Assembly (NCBI GenBank): GCA_014896305.1
Contig: JADBKQ010000012.1
Span: 62,128-126,127 of the forward strand
DNA from: Limnochordaceae bacterium
Lineage (GTDB): Bacteria; Bacillota; Limnochordia; Limnochordales; DUMU01
Direction: 5' to 3'
Length of the DNA: 64,000 nucleotides
In this document: positions 19,235 through 29,297 of the stretch, piece after piece
How positions within the stretch are numbered: the first letter of the stretch is position 1
How the letters are laid out: each line of letters begins with the position of its first letter
The notes under the pieces: model-generated
What the model was told of the DNA's origin: nothing
What the model saw: only the letters and a program-made list of their open reading frames with translations
Databases searched by the model: none
Translations under genes and position numbers: made by a program

Positions 19235-22200
19235 ATGCGCCAGGTCTTAGATTTGTGCAGCGATGCGGTACCCGCTGGAGACGATAGCCGGGCAGCAGAG
19301 TGGTGGGTTACGCACTGCCGGCCGGGGCGGGGCGAGACCCTCGGGTGGCCGGCCTGGACGGCACAGCAAGCGCAGGAGCGGCGATGGACCAGGTCTGCTG
19401 ATGCAGCCGGGGCAGAAGAGGCGGCTTACAGCGGTTGGCAGGAGACACGGGAGAAGTGGATTGCGGCTCGGGTGCCCGGGGATGTTCATCTCGACCTTTT
19501 GCGGGTCGGGATCATTCCGGAGCCGATGGAAGGGCGTAATTTCACCGCCTTGGAGTGGGTGGAGCAGGAAGAATGGTGGTACCTGTGCTCCTTCAATCTT
19601 GCTGAGGAGCAGGTGAAAGCTGCCCAGGACAGTGGTGCGGAACTGGTATTCGAAGGCATCGATACGGAGGCTCGCATCTGGATAAACGGCCAGTTGCTAG
19701 GCGGGGGAGCCAATATGTTCCGTACGTTTCGCTTCCTCGTAACGGACAAGCTGAAGTCCGGCGAGAATACCCTGGCGGTGCAGGTGAGTGCCGGTCTGGA
19801 GGGAGTGCATAAAGGATCAATCCGGAGACTGGCCCGTTCTTGGAACCAGGATGACCTGCGGCGGCTGTGGCTGCGCAAAGCGCAGTTCGGGTTCGGCTGG
19901 GATTGGGCGCCACGCCTCGCAAGCTGCGGGATTTGGCGTCCCGTCCGGTTGGAACTGCTGGGAACCATCGCGTTGCGCAACGTTCAAGTGAAAGAGGTTT
20001 TGCCAGCAGGTCCTCTACCGGCGGACCGTCCCGTACCAGCTACCGTCCACATCGAGGCAGAAGTAGACTCTGCCTTGCCGAGCTTTGTCGACGTGGGGGT
20101 AGTTGCAAGCTGGAGTCCACTTTCCAAGCCGGTTGCGCCGGACGATCCTGATAGTTCCACGGCTGGGAGCCGGGATCCTGATGGCCTGATTGCTGGTTGT
20201 CGGGATGGTTCGGGGCGCTCGGAGGTGTTTCGCCGGCGGCTCTTCCCGGGCCGCAACCGCCTGGGCATCCGTATGGAGTTGCCCCACGTTTGGCCCTGGT
20301 GGCCCCGCCCGCTTGGTACCCCCTTCCTTTATGAACTGGAGTTGACCGTGACGATGCCGGCGGCTGCCAGTGATGGCGAGGCCGCGAGTGGCTCTGCCAC
20401 CATTCTTGACGAACTGCGTCTCCGTTATGGCTTCCGCCGCATCGAGTTGCGGCAGACGCCCCGGCCCATGGTGATGCCTGACACGGACGAGGAGATTAAG
20501 GGTTTACCCTTGGGTGAGGCGACCACGTTCACCTTCTTTATAAATGGTGTGCCGGTCTTCGCTCAGGGAGGCAACTGGGTACCGGCCGACTGCCTGCCGG
20601 CCAGGGTCACGGTGGAGAAGTACCGGTTCCTGCTGGCGCGGGCGGCGGAGGCCGGCTGTAACCTGTTGCGAGTCTGGGGCGGCGGTATTTATGAGCACCC
20701 CCTCTTCTACGATCTCTGCGATGAACTGGGCATCATGGTCTGGCAGGAGTTCATGTTTGCCTGCGGTTACTACCCCGACTTTGATGCTGAGTTCAGGGCA
20801 GAGGTGGAAGCGGAGGCCGAGGAGGTCGTCCGCCGTCTGCGCCACCACCCGTGCCTTGTCATCTGGGCGGGCAACAACGAGATCGCGACCATGGCCTGGG
20901 GGCACTGGAAGTACGGTGGGCAAATCGATCCAGAGGCAACCGTTTCTCACGGTAGGCAGGTTGCACACGGTTCACCCGCGGCGGCTGTACGCCAGTACCC
21001 CGGCCAGCTGCTGTTTGAGGAAGTCCTCGCCGGAGTTTGTGCCCGGTGCGATCCGAGCCGGCCCTATCTCCCGTCCTCCCCCATCGCGCAACCGGGAGTC
21101 GAACCCGACTATCCCTGGCAGGGCGACACCCATACCTGGTATCCGGCGGTAGACTACGAAAACGACTACGGGCGAGATGCGAGCGGGTTCTGCAGCGAGT
21201 TCGGCTGTGTCGGACCGGCAGACAGAGAAAGCCTGTGCCAGGCGGTGCCGGCCCTCCGGGAGGTAGCCGGCGGCAGTCCGGGCGGCGGGCAACCCTACGG
21301 TGAACTGCTTCGCCGCCTCCCGGAGCTGCGTGACCACGTTCATCCCGCGGAGGAGGCGATGGTACGCTGGCGACTCCAAGCGCACCTTTTGGGGTCGGAA
21401 GCCCGAGATCTGTGGGGGAACGGTACGGGGCGTACCGCACAGGAGACAGCGGAGGTACGGGCGGCCGGCGAGGTCCTCGGCGGGCTGCCGCTGACGGAGT
21501 GGGTGCGCCTGGGTCAGTTGCTGCAGGCAGAAGTCTTGCGGTACGCTTTCAGCCACTATCGGCGGCGGCTGTGGGACTGCAGCGGTTCACTGCTCTGGAT
21601 GTGGGACGATGCCTGGCCGGAGACAGGTTGGACGCCGGTTGACTACTACGGCCGCCCGAAAGCACTCTACTTCGTGCTTCGCCGTCTTTTCAAGCCCGTC
21701 TTGCTCGTATGGCGCAAGGTTCGCCGCTCCGGTGAACCGAGTACTTTCAGACGGGTAGATTGGTTCGAGCTTTACGGGATCAATATACTGCGCCAGCCGG
21801 TGCAAGGCCGGCTGCGGTATGGTTGGTGGCGGTTCACCGATCACCGGCCGGAGTTGACCGAGGAGACCGTGGAGATTCCGCCTCTCAGCAGCCGGCGTTT
21901 GACCGGCAAGGTGGCTCCGCCCGCTGATCCGGCGCTGGCGGCGGCTGGGGCGGTCTATGCGGAGCTCGCTACCGACGGGCAAACGCTTTTGCAGGCCAGG
22001 GAGTTTGCCGTCCCGTGGGGCGAACTCAATCTGCCCTCCAGGCCCGAAATCCATACCGTGGTTCAAGATGGGCACGTCGGGATGGTGAGCGAGAGCTTTG
22101 CCTGGGATGTGAAGGTACACGGTCTGCCGCCATCCTGGCTGGTGGGGGTGGGTACGGACGCCGGCTCACGGGACGGTGGGGGGGTGGCCACAGACCGAGG

Positions 22201-22411
22201 GGCGGCTACCTGGCCGGTGGCGAACGTTCCGGCGAGGCTGCCCTACGATGACCATTTCGATCTTTTCCCGGGAAAGGTGCACTGGGTAACGGCGACGGAT
22301 GTCCTCGAGCAGGTTGGGGGACGCGTGCAGGATCTGACGGGGACAGCTGTCAATCAGCTGGTGCGGGCTTTGCAGGAAAGCTTGAAAATGTTGATGTCTG
22401 GGAGGAACTAA
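19235..22411 (+). CDS. glycoside hydrolase family 2, beta-mannosidase-like
   Basis: VPGDVHLDLLRVGIIPEP, FEGIDTEARIWINGQ, FGWDWAPRL, LRVWGGGIYE, acid/base WAGNNEI and nucleophile FCSEFG. It is 1058 aa with low-complexity inserts. Confidence 0.8.
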   Translation: MRQVLDLCSDAVPAGDDSRAAEWWVTHCRPGRGETLGWPAWTAQQAQERRWTRSADAAGAEEAAYSGWQETREKWIAARVPGDVHLDLLRVGIIPEPMEGRNFTALEWVEQEEWWYLCSFNLAEEQVKAAQDSGAELVFEGIDTEARIWINGQLLGGGANMFRTFRFLVTDKLKSGENTLAVQVSAGLEGVHKGSIRRLARSWNQDDLRRLWLRKAQFGFGWDWAPRLASCGIWRPVRLELLGTIALRNVQVKEVLPAGPLPADRPVPATVHIEAEVDSALPSFVDVGVVASWSPLSKPVAPDDPDSSTAGSRDPDGLIAGCRDGSGRSEVFRRRLFPGRNRLGIRMELPHVWPWWPRPLGTPFLYELELTVTMPAAASDGEAASGSATILDELRLRYGFRRIELRQTPRPMVMPDTDEEIKGLPLGEATTFTFFINGVPVFAQGGNWVPADCLPARVTVEKYRFLLARAAEAGCNLLRVWGGGIYEHPLFYDLCDELGIMVWQEFMFACGYYPDFDAEFRAEVEAEAEEVVRRLRHHPCLVIWAGNNEIATMAWGHWKYGGQIDPEATVSHGRQVAHGSPAAAVRQYPGQLLFEEVLAGVCARCDPSRPYLPSSPIAQPGVEPDYPWQGDTHTWYPAVDYENDYGRDASGFCSEFGCVGPADRESLCQAVPALREVAGGSPGGGQPYGELLRRLPELRDHVHPAEEAMVRWRLQAHLLGSEARDLWGNGTGRTAQETAEVRAAGEVLGGLPLTEWVRLGQLLQAEVLRYAFSHYRRRLWDCSGSLLWMWDDAWPETGWTPVDYYGRPKALYFVLRRLFKPVLLVWRKVRRSGEPSTFRRVDWFELYGINILRQPVQGRLRYGWWRFTDHRPELTEETVEIPPLSSRRLTGKVAPPADPALAAAGAVYAELATDGQTLLQAREFAVPWGELNLPSRPEIHTVVQDGHVGMVSESFAWDVKVHGLPPSWLVGVGTDAGSRDGGGVATDRGAATWPVANVPARLPYDDHFDLFPGKVHWVTATDVLEQVGGRVQDLTGTAVNQLVRALQESLKMLMSGRN

Positions 22412-23739
22412 TGGTGGTTGAGAGGGTGGCTGATCGGGTTACGCTGCGGAATATTGCTGCGATTGCGGGAGTTGCCCCTTCCACGGTTTACCGGGCGTTG
22501 ACCGGCAAGGAAGGGGTGGGTGCGGAGACCCGCGAACGCATTGTGCAACTGGCGCAGCAGATGGGTATCCGGCTGCAGCCGCTGCGGCCAGGCGGGGGCG
22601 GGACGAAGCCAGCAGCGGGATTGACCGACTCCCCCTGGTTGCAGTCCGGGCTTGCCCAGCCTACGTTGGCAATCACGCTGATCATCGATTCCCGCAACAA
22701 CCCGTTTCTGCGGGACCTTGCAGACAATCCCTTCTATCTTGAACTGATTGCGGGCATTTCCGAGGCGAGCCAGGCGCTGGGGTATCGCCTCTCCGTCGAG
22801 ATCGCGGCATCAGAGGCAGATCTCGTCTCCCTTTTCCAACACATTGTCCCGGAGATCGACTGGAAGCGGACCACTACCGACGAAATCGTTCTACCCGATC
22901 GGCGTCGCACGCTTTCTCGCGTCTTCGGCCGGGGAATCGTCTGGCTCGGTTATCAGCCGTATGACGCCTACATGCCTTGGATCCCGGTGTTGGCCCGCCT
23001 GGGCGTCCCGACCGTCTTATGCGACCATTACGTCAACAATCTTCCCTGTGACGCAGTGGTCAGCGACAACATCGGTGGCGCGCGGGAATTGGGCGCCCAC
23101 GTGGCCGGGCTGGGGCACCGGCGGGTCTGTATCTTACGCCAGGCCCTGACCTCGGCCGCATCCTGGGAGCGCACGCTGGGATTTCAAGCGGCGCTTTATG
23201 AAGCCGGCCTCAGACTCGATGACGTTCAACTAATCGCTGCCAACCCGACGTTCGAAGGGGGATACGATGCGTTGCCCGAGGCGTTGGAGAGCGGCGCGAC
23301 CGCCATTCTCTGCGGCAACGACATGATGGCGATGGGGGTTCTTCGGCGGGCGGCGGAGCTCGGGGTCAAAGTACCCGAATCCCTGTCTGTCTGTGGCTTC
23401 GACGACATTGCCACCAGCGGGCGACTAACCCCGGCGCTGACAACGGCCAGGGTGGACCAGCGGGCGATCGGCAGAGAAGCGTTGCGCCGTCTCTGGACTC
23501 TCAGTCAGCTCGCTCTGGCCGCGGGTGCGGAAGCGACGGAACCGGCCAAAGACGCAGTCAGGGAAGTGCCCGGGGATGGTGTGGCAGTTGCCAGCGGGCA
23601 ACACGGTGACGGGGAGGTGCTGCGGGGTATCAGGATTGTTGTGCCGACGCGGTTGGTCGTGCGGGAAACGACGGGGCCGGCCCCGGACAAGTTGGTGGCC
23701 GTCGCTACCTCGGCACGGGCTACCGAGAGGGAGGAGTGA
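22411..23739 (+). CDS. LacI family transcriptional regulator
   Basis: HTH VTLRNIAAIAGVAPSTVYRALTGKEGV..TRERIVQLAQQMG followed by a periplasmic-binding-fold core. The ATG overlaps the GH2 stop (TAATG). Confidence 0.85.
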   Translation: MVVERVADRVTLRNIAAIAGVAPSTVYRALTGKEGVGAETRERIVQLAQQMGIRLQPLRPGGGGTKPAAGLTDSPWLQSGLAQPTLAITLIIDSRNNPFLRDLADNPFYLELIAGISEASQALGYRLSVEIAASEADLVSLFQHIVPEIDWKRTTTDEIVLPDRRRTLSRVFGRGIVWLGYQPYDAYMPWIPVLARLGVPTVLCDHYVNNLPCDAVVSDNIGGARELGAHVAGLGHRRVCILRQALTSAASWERTLGFQAALYEAGLRLDDVQLIAANPTFEGGYDALPEALESGATAILCGNDMMAMGVLRRAAELGVKVPESLSVCGFDDIATSGRLTPALTTARVDQRAIGREALRRLWTLSQLALAAGAEATEPAKDAVREVPGDGVAVASGQHGDGEVLRGIRIVVPTRLVVRETTGPAPDKLVAVATSARATEREE

Positions 23740-23746
23740 GTTTGCC

Positions 23747-25582
23747 GTGGAACGTTTGCCGGGTGTATCGTTGCCCTCTGAGTTCTTGGCTTTGGTTTGG
23801 TCATTCGTGACGGTGGTGGCCATCTCTCTAGTTTCCATCGCTTCCTATGTCCAGGCCGCGGAAGCGCTGCCCCCGCAGATCACGGCCGTGACTCCGAACC
23901 GCACCTCAGTTCCTCGCTACTCACTGCTGCAACTTCAGGTCGAGCTCGAGGCCGAGTATGACAACCCGTTCGATCCCGACCAGATCGATTTGCAGGCCGT
24001 TTTCACCTCACCAACTGGGCGCGTCCTGCGTGTACCAGGATTTTTCATGCTTCCCTACACTCGTGAGAGTGCCCCCGGTGAGGTCGAGTGGCTTTCTTAT
24101 CCGGGTCCCGGACAGTGGCAGATTCGGTTCACGCCGGATGAGGTAGGCGATTGGACTTTTGTCGTTTTGCTCAAAACGCCGCAAGGAGAGGCGCAGAGCA
24201 GCGGCGGCCGGTTTGTTGTGACTCCCAGCGACGCCCCCGGGTTCATCCGGGTGAATAAGGAGAACCCGCGGGGTTTTGCTTTCGATAACGGCCAGCCCTT
24301 CTGGGGGATCGGCGAAAACATGGGCTGGTACGGAAGTCGGAAGAGCGGGGATTATGACGTCTGGTTGAACCATCTGGCGGAGAACGGCGGCAATCTGATT
24401 CGGGTATGGATGGCGTCGTGGGGGTTCGGGATCGAGTGGGACGGGCCGGATGGACTGGGCAATTATCTCTTCCGTCAGGATCGTGCCTACCAGCTCGACC
24501 TGCTGTTTGAGAGGGCACAGGAACTGGGCATCAAGATCATCCTGGTGTTGAACAACCATGGTCAGTTGAGTGCCCGGGTCAACCCCGAATGGGATAGGAA
24601 TCCTTACAACGTTCGTAACGGAGGTCCCCTGTCGCGGCCGACCGACTTCTTCACTGATCCCAAGGCCAAGGAGCTCTTCCGCCGACGCCTGCGGTACATC
24701 GTGGCACGCTGGGGCTATGCGACCAATCTCTTTGCCTGGGAGTTCTGGAACGAGGTAGATCTGACCGACGACTACGATGCAGAAAGTGTAACGGCCTGGC
24801 ACCGTGAGATGGCCGGTGTGTTGCGGACGCTTGATCCGTTTGACCACATGATCACAACCAGTTTCTCCGATTACCGACAAGAACCGTCTATTTGGATGTT
24901 ACCTGGCATCGATTTCACCATGACGCACTTCTACGGGCAGCCACCCCGGGGTGACCCGGATCCGGCCAAATCCGTCCTCCAGAGAGACCGGGATAAGCGC
25001 AGGTTCGATAAACCAACCTTCACTGCCGAGTATGGGCTGGACTGGTCGGCACCGTCCGCTCAGGATCCGGATGGCACTCACCTGCACGACATCCTTTGGG
25101 CCAGTACCGTCAGCGGTGCTGCCGCCAGCGCCATGACGTGGTGGTGGGACAATTACGTTGACCCACGCAATCTTTACCGTCATTTCCGGCCGGTGAGTGA
25201 GTTCGTGGCCCGCATCGGGGCTGGTTCGCTGGCAGGAGAACCTTTCTCAGCTCGTGTGAGCGGTGTGCCGTCCGGCCGCAGGATCGAGGCGTACGGTGAA
25301 AAGGGGCCAAACGGGGTGACAGTGCTTTGGGTGCGGGACGCCCGGGCCACGTGGGCGGAGATGAAACAGGGATACCAGCCGCAGCCTGTCTCAGGGCTAT
25401 CGGTCGAGCTCAGCGGGTTGGCTGCCGGACGTTACGCCGTTCTCTGGTGGGACACGGTCGAGGGCAAACCTGTTCGCGAGACGACTGCCATTGTCGGCGC
25501 GACCGACCAAACTCTGGTTCTTGACATTCCTGACTTCCAACGGGATATAGCTGCTGCCATCCTACCCGAGAGGCAACCCTAG
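23747..25582 (+). CDS. secreted clan GH-A glycoside hydrolase (DUF5060-like N-domain + GH5-like catalytic domain)
   Basis: GTG 23747 follows GGAGGAG. It has an N-terminal hydrophobic signal. It also has NLIRVWM, the acid/base region FAWEFWNEVD and the nucleophile region FTAEYG. Confidence 0.7.
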   Translation: MERLPGVSLPSEFLALVWSFVTVVAISLVSIASYVQAAEALPPQITAVTPNRTSVPRYSLLQLQVELEAEYDNPFDPDQIDLQAVFTSPTGRVLRVPGFFMLPYTRESAPGEVEWLSYPGPGQWQIRFTPDEVGDWTFVVLLKTPQGEAQSSGGRFVVTPSDAPGFIRVNKENPRGFAFDNGQPFWGIGENMGWYGSRKSGDYDVWLNHLAENGGNLIRVWMASWGFGIEWDGPDGLGNYLFRQDRAYQLDLLFERAQELGIKIILVLNNHGQLSARVNPEWDRNPYNVRNGGPLSRPTDFFTDPKAKELFRRRLRYIVARWGYATNLFAWEFWNEVDLTDDYDAESVTAWHREMAGVLRTLDPFDHMITTSFSDYRQEPSIWMLPGIDFTMTHFYGQPPRGDPDPAKSVLQRDRDKRRFDKPTFTAEYGLDWSAPSAQDPDGTHLHDILWASTVSGAAASAMTWWWDNYVDPRNLYRHFRPVSEFVARIGAGSLAGEPFSARVSGVPSGRRIEAYGEKGPNGVTVLWVRDARATWAEMKQGYQPQPVSGLSVELSGLAAGRYAVLWWDTVEGKPVRETTAIVGATDQTLVLDIPDFQRDIAAAILPERQP

Positions 25583-25732
25583 CGTCTGGGAGAAGTTGGC
25601 ATAGACGCTGGGCCCATTTGTAAGGAGGTGACAGACGCAAAAGGCGCGTTACTGAAGTTGGTAAGGGACGGTCCTTAAGTGCCAGGGGAGGTCTGCAGGT
25701 CCGGGAGGTAAACGGTCAAGGAGGCATGAAAG

Positions 25733-27055
25733 ATGCTGACTTTGCTCCGGGCGAAGACTTTGTTGCAGAAGGCTGAGTTCCTTTTGGGTTTGGTGCTCGC
25801 CGCCAGTCTGCTGACTCCCGTTGGCCAGGTGCTGGAAGCCAAGACTACCGTCACCGTCTGGTATCCATGGAATGATTTTGACGGCGAGTTGTTCGTGGCC
25901 CGCACCAAAGAGTTTAACCAGCTCCAGAGCGAAGTGGAGATTAAGCCGGTATTCGTGGAAGGAGGCGGAATTCCCAACGGAAAGTTATCTATTGCCGTGG
26001 CTACTGGAAAAGTGCCAGATCTAGTTCTCTACTGGGGCTCTGAACAAGCTGGATCTCTGGGAGCAGCCAAGGTTCTTCAGCCAATCGATCGCTGGTTGAA
26101 GGAAGCACAGATCGATTCCACAGACTACTTCCCAGCGGCCTGGATGGCAAATGTGTACCAAGACAAAGTGTATGGCATCCCAGAGATGCTAAACGTTAAT
26201 CTCCTCTTCTACAATAACCGGAGTTTTGACGAAGCTGGACTCGATTCTACCAAACCTCCTTCTACTATTACGGAAATAGACGAAGTTTCCTACAAGATCA
26301 CTAAGTTTAGCGCCGATCGCCAGCTCACACGAATGGGATGGGTTCCATGGTCCTGGCAAGGGCATGAATTCTTCTGGAGCTGGGCATTTAGCGCAAACAT
26401 CTATCAACACAGTAAACTTTCTGTGAATAGTCCTCAGGTCCTGGCAGCTCTACGCTGGCAAGCCAACTACATGAACCGTTACGGGCTGGCAAACGTAGAG
26501 AACTTCCTCTCCGGGGACGCCGAAAACGGCGGAAACGTTGACTATTTCGCCGATGGCCGGCTGGTGATGCGGATCGATGGTGAGTGGAAGATCCGGTTCT
26601 ACCTGCAAGAGACACAAGGCAAGGTTAGTTTTGCAGTTGCTCCTGCACCGACCGCCGACCCGTCGCGTCCTCGCCCGTCATGGGTCTTTGGCAACACGTG
26701 GTACGTACCGTCGGGAGCCAAACACCCAGCGGAGGCGCTGAAGTTCGTGGCTTGGTTCAACCAGCCCGAGCTCTCCCGAGACGTTGCCGATAAGGTATGG
26801 AATGTTTCGCCAGTAATCAAAGCTGCTCAAAGCCAAAAGCTCCTTAACGATCATCAATTCCGCGTAGCCATCCAGCAGGTGGGTTCGCCGGGTGCCGGCA
26901 CCAACTTTACCTCCAAGTACTTGACAAGAATCCAGCAAGAAGTCCACGACGCCTTCTGGAACGGAATCCACCAGAAGGACACGCCCGAAAACGTGCTCAA
27001 CAAGGCACAGCAGGCTCTCGAAGCCTTCATTGCCTCACAGGGTGGTCCAGACTGA
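25733..27055 (+). CDS. ABC transporter sugar-binding protein (family 1 SBP), no adjacent permease genes
   Basis: It has a signal peptide, then TVTVWYPWNDFDGEL.., GKVPDLVLYWGSE.., IPEMLNVNLLFYNN. AAGGAGG lies 8 nt upstream of ATG 25733. Confidence 0.8.
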   Translation: MLTLLRAKTLLQKAEFLLGLVLAASLLTPVGQVLEAKTTVTVWYPWNDFDGELFVARTKEFNQLQSEVEIKPVFVEGGGIPNGKLSIAVATGKVPDLVLYWGSEQAGSLGAAKVLQPIDRWLKEAQIDSTDYFPAAWMANVYQDKVYGIPEMLNVNLLFYNNRSFDEAGLDSTKPPSTITEIDEVSYKITKFSADRQLTRMGWVPWSWQGHEFFWSWAFSANIYQHSKLSVNSPQVLAALRWQANYMNRYGLANVENFLSGDAENGGNVDYFADGRLVMRIDGEWKIRFYLQETQGKVSFAVAPAPTADPSRPRPSWVFGNTWYVPSGAKHPAEALKFVAWFNQPELSRDVADKVWNVSPVIKAAQSQKLLNDHQFRVAIQQVGSPGAGTNFTSKYLTRIQQEVHDAFWNGIHQKDTPENVLNKAQQALEAFIASQGGPD

Positions 27056-27139
27056 GTGAGTCAAAGTCGTAAAGGGTCAGAAGGGTGCTGGGTTTTCCCG
27101 GAGTAAACATCTACGATAGAGCGAAAGGAGAAGATTGGG

Positions 27140-27739
27140 ATGTTGAGACTGGTCAAACTGACGTCGTTTGCGGTAACCGCATTGTTGCTCATCGCAGGGC
27201 TGGCAGGAATGGCGCAAGCCGAGAAGGTCGTGCTGGCCGATTTCGAGCAGCTGGGTGTAGCGGCAGATGGATCCCTACCGGATTGGGTTTTGAAGGAAGC
27301 CGGCACCAAGCTGGTTCTCACGTCCGACCCGCAACTGGTCAGCCAGGGGAACAGGGCACTGCAGGTTTTCATGACTGTTACCAAGGATCAAAACCGAGCC
27401 ATGTTGCAACTGCTGACCCATGGTGCTAACTGGTCCGACTTGACTGGTCTATATGTTGACGTTTACAACCCGTTGGAAGAGAGCGTCGACCTGATCGTGG
27501 CGATTCAGACCGCCAACTGGGACTGGAAAGAATTTGCTTCCATAACGCTCGACCCGGGCTGGAATCGGGACGTATACATTTCGTTTAACCAACCATTCTG
27601 GAAGTCGTCTGCCACGGGCTGGGCATATACATCAGTGTTAACGGACAAAGAGGAGGTAAATGGTCTGAACTTCATGTTTGTCGTATACAATGCTGGTGAC
27701 TGCATGTTTGCCATCGATAACATCCGTGTGGAGAGGTGA
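27140..27739 (+). CDS. secreted carbohydrate-binding-module-like protein
   Basis: The signal peptide ends MAQA|EK. It has ADFEQLG...W....GNRALQVF...DLTGLYVDVYNP...GWNRDVYISF...FAIDNIRVER, the beta-sandwich CBM pattern. Confidence 0.55.
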   Translation: MLRLVKLTSFAVTALLLIAGLAGMAQAEKVVLADFEQLGVAADGSLPDWVLKEAGTKLVLTSDPQLVSQGNRALQVFMTVTKDQNRAMLQLLTHGANWSDLTGLYVDVYNPLEESVDLIVAIQTANWDWKEFASITLDPGWNRDVYISFNQPFWKSSATGWAYTSVLTDKEEVNGLNFMFVVYNAGDCMFAIDNIRVER

Positions 27740-27834
27740 GCTCCAGTTTACACGTGTGGGGAGTGAGAGATCGATAGGGGGCGCACGTCTAGTGGTTGGT
27801 TGTGCAGGAAGCTATGTATTCGGTCGCAGTGTGA

Positions 27835-28085
27835 TGTATCGTCAGCTTCTGTTATGTGTCCTTGCTTGAGCGAGCCATGGTGGCCAATCTGTTGAGCATT
27901 CCGTAGGAAGACGTGGCCGGAATAACGGCAGGAATCAATCATTTCGCTTGGTTCCTCCAGATCGGTGACCGGTGGGGCGGCCTGGACCTGTATCCGGCTG
28001 TTCGCGATGCATGTGCTGGCGGTGTCCTCGCAGATTGGCCACTTACCGAAGCCATATCCCAGCGTACGGGATACCTTTTGTCGAA
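27835..28085 (+). pseudogene. internal fragment of a GH4 glycosidase gene (about 80 codons, in-frame TAG at 27904-27906)
   Basis: IVSFCYVSLLERAMVANLLSIP*EDVAGITAGINHFAWFLQIGDRWGGLDLYPAV...RTGYLLSKS parallels the GH4 region VGLCH....LG...E.V...AGINH.AWF....G.DLYP....FGY..TES. It is truncated on both sides. Confidence 0.6.
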
Positions 28086-28301
28086 GTCCCTCTCGGCAAA
28101 GCCGTGCAGGTACTGCTCTGGCAAAAGCTCCGAAACCTCCTGTGAGCGCCGCGCAACCAAGGGCAGGATTCGGCTCTCGAACCGCTCCTCCAGGTTCCGC
28201 ATCCGCTGGCGGCGAATGGTGATGGTGCGCGGGCGTGTCGTCACCTTCGGCGGCTTACCGTACCCTTTCCGGTAGCCGGAGGGGGCGTCCACGGTAGCCT
28301 G
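28085..28301 (-). mobile_element. fragment of an IS256-family (mutator-type) transposase gene
   Basis: DAPSGYRKGYGKPPKVTTRPRTITIRRQRMRNLEERFESRILPLVARRSQEVSELLPEQYLHGFAERDFD resembles the N-terminal third of IS256 transposases (RNGY..R.L.T..G.I.L.VPR.R..F.S.IL...QR.....L..LYL.G.S.RD). No catalytic DDE part and no inverted repeats were identified. Confidence 0.5.
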
Positions 28302-28427
28302 TTAGGCATATAGCGGTATTATAGTAACAGCAAAGAATAGGCTGTGCACAATGCTGGTACTACGAGATTGAGTACCTTCGCAACTCACCGAAAGTGTTCG
28401 ACGAAAGTTGGGGGGAAAGCCTGCTAG

Positions 28428-29297
28428 ATGACTACCGGAGATCCGTTGGATCCCCTTGGTTTTTCGGTGACGGGACGTCGCCAGCGAGCCAACGATCTGG
28501 ACGGCAAAACGTGGACCCGCTATTCGCTCAGTATTTGGAGTGATATCCGCAAAACTCGAGAAGAGATCGCTCTGGGTCACCCGGCACTTTTCCCGCAGGA
28601 GTTGGTCTTTCGGTTGCTCTCCATATTTCTCTCGGGTACCGGCAAGACCGTGCTGGACCCCTTTGCCGGCAGCGGCTCGACCGTAGTGGCCGCCGCCCGC
28701 TCCGGCCACCGGGGGATCGGCTTGGAGCTTTCTGCGGAATTCGTGGCAATGGCCAAACGACGCCTGAGCGAGCTCTACGCCTCCGTCGAGCCGCTTCTCG
28801 GGGAAGGGGAGATATGGGAGGCGGATGCCCACCGCTTACTTGAATACGTCCGACCGGACTCCGTGGACCTGGTCATCACCTCTCCCCCGTATTGGGATGT
28901 TCTCTCCCAGCGTCGGAGTGCGGACCACAAGCCCATCCGGGATTACCCGCACCCTCTGCCGCCTGCCGGGGATGACCGGGACCTGAGCCAGGTCAAAGAG
29001 TATGACCAGTTCCTGGATAAGCTTCAAACGATCTTTGCCGATGTACGTACTGTTCTGCGTCCAGGGGCGTACTGTGTGGTGGTGGTTATGGACTTGCGCA
29101 AGGGCGGCCGCTTCTATCCGTTTCATTCGGATCTGGCCCGTCATTTGCAGGAGGCGGGGTTGACGTTCGAAGATCTCGTAATCTGGGATCGACGGCAGGA
29201 GTATAACCGCCTCCGGCCTTTGGGCTACCCATCGGTCTTCCGGGTCAATAAGGTACACGAATATATCCTCATCTTCCGCCGACCCTTACAGCCATAA
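28428..29297 (+). CDS. N4/N6 DNA methyltransferase (SPPY type), no cognate endonuclease nearby
   Basis: HPALFPQELVFRLLSIFL..GKTVLDPFAGSGSTVVAA (motifs X/I) at aa 50-90 and DLVITSPPYWDV (motif IV) at aa about 147-158. The C-terminal VHEYILIFRR is typical of the PF01555 family. Confidence 0.8.
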   Translation: MTTGDPLDPLGFSVTGRRQRANDLDGKTWTRYSLSIWSDIRKTREEIALGHPALFPQELVFRLLSIFLSGTGKTVLDPFAGSGSTVVAAARSGHRGIGLELSAEFVAMAKRRLSELYASVEPLLGEGEIWEADAHRLLEYVRPDSVDLVITSPPYWDVLSQRRSADHKPIRDYPHPLPPAGDDRDLSQVKEYDQFLDKLQTIFADVRTVLRPGAYCVVVVMDLRKGGRFYPFHSDLARHLQEAGLTFEDLVIWDRRQEYNRLRPLGYPSVFRVNKVHEYILIFRRPLQP

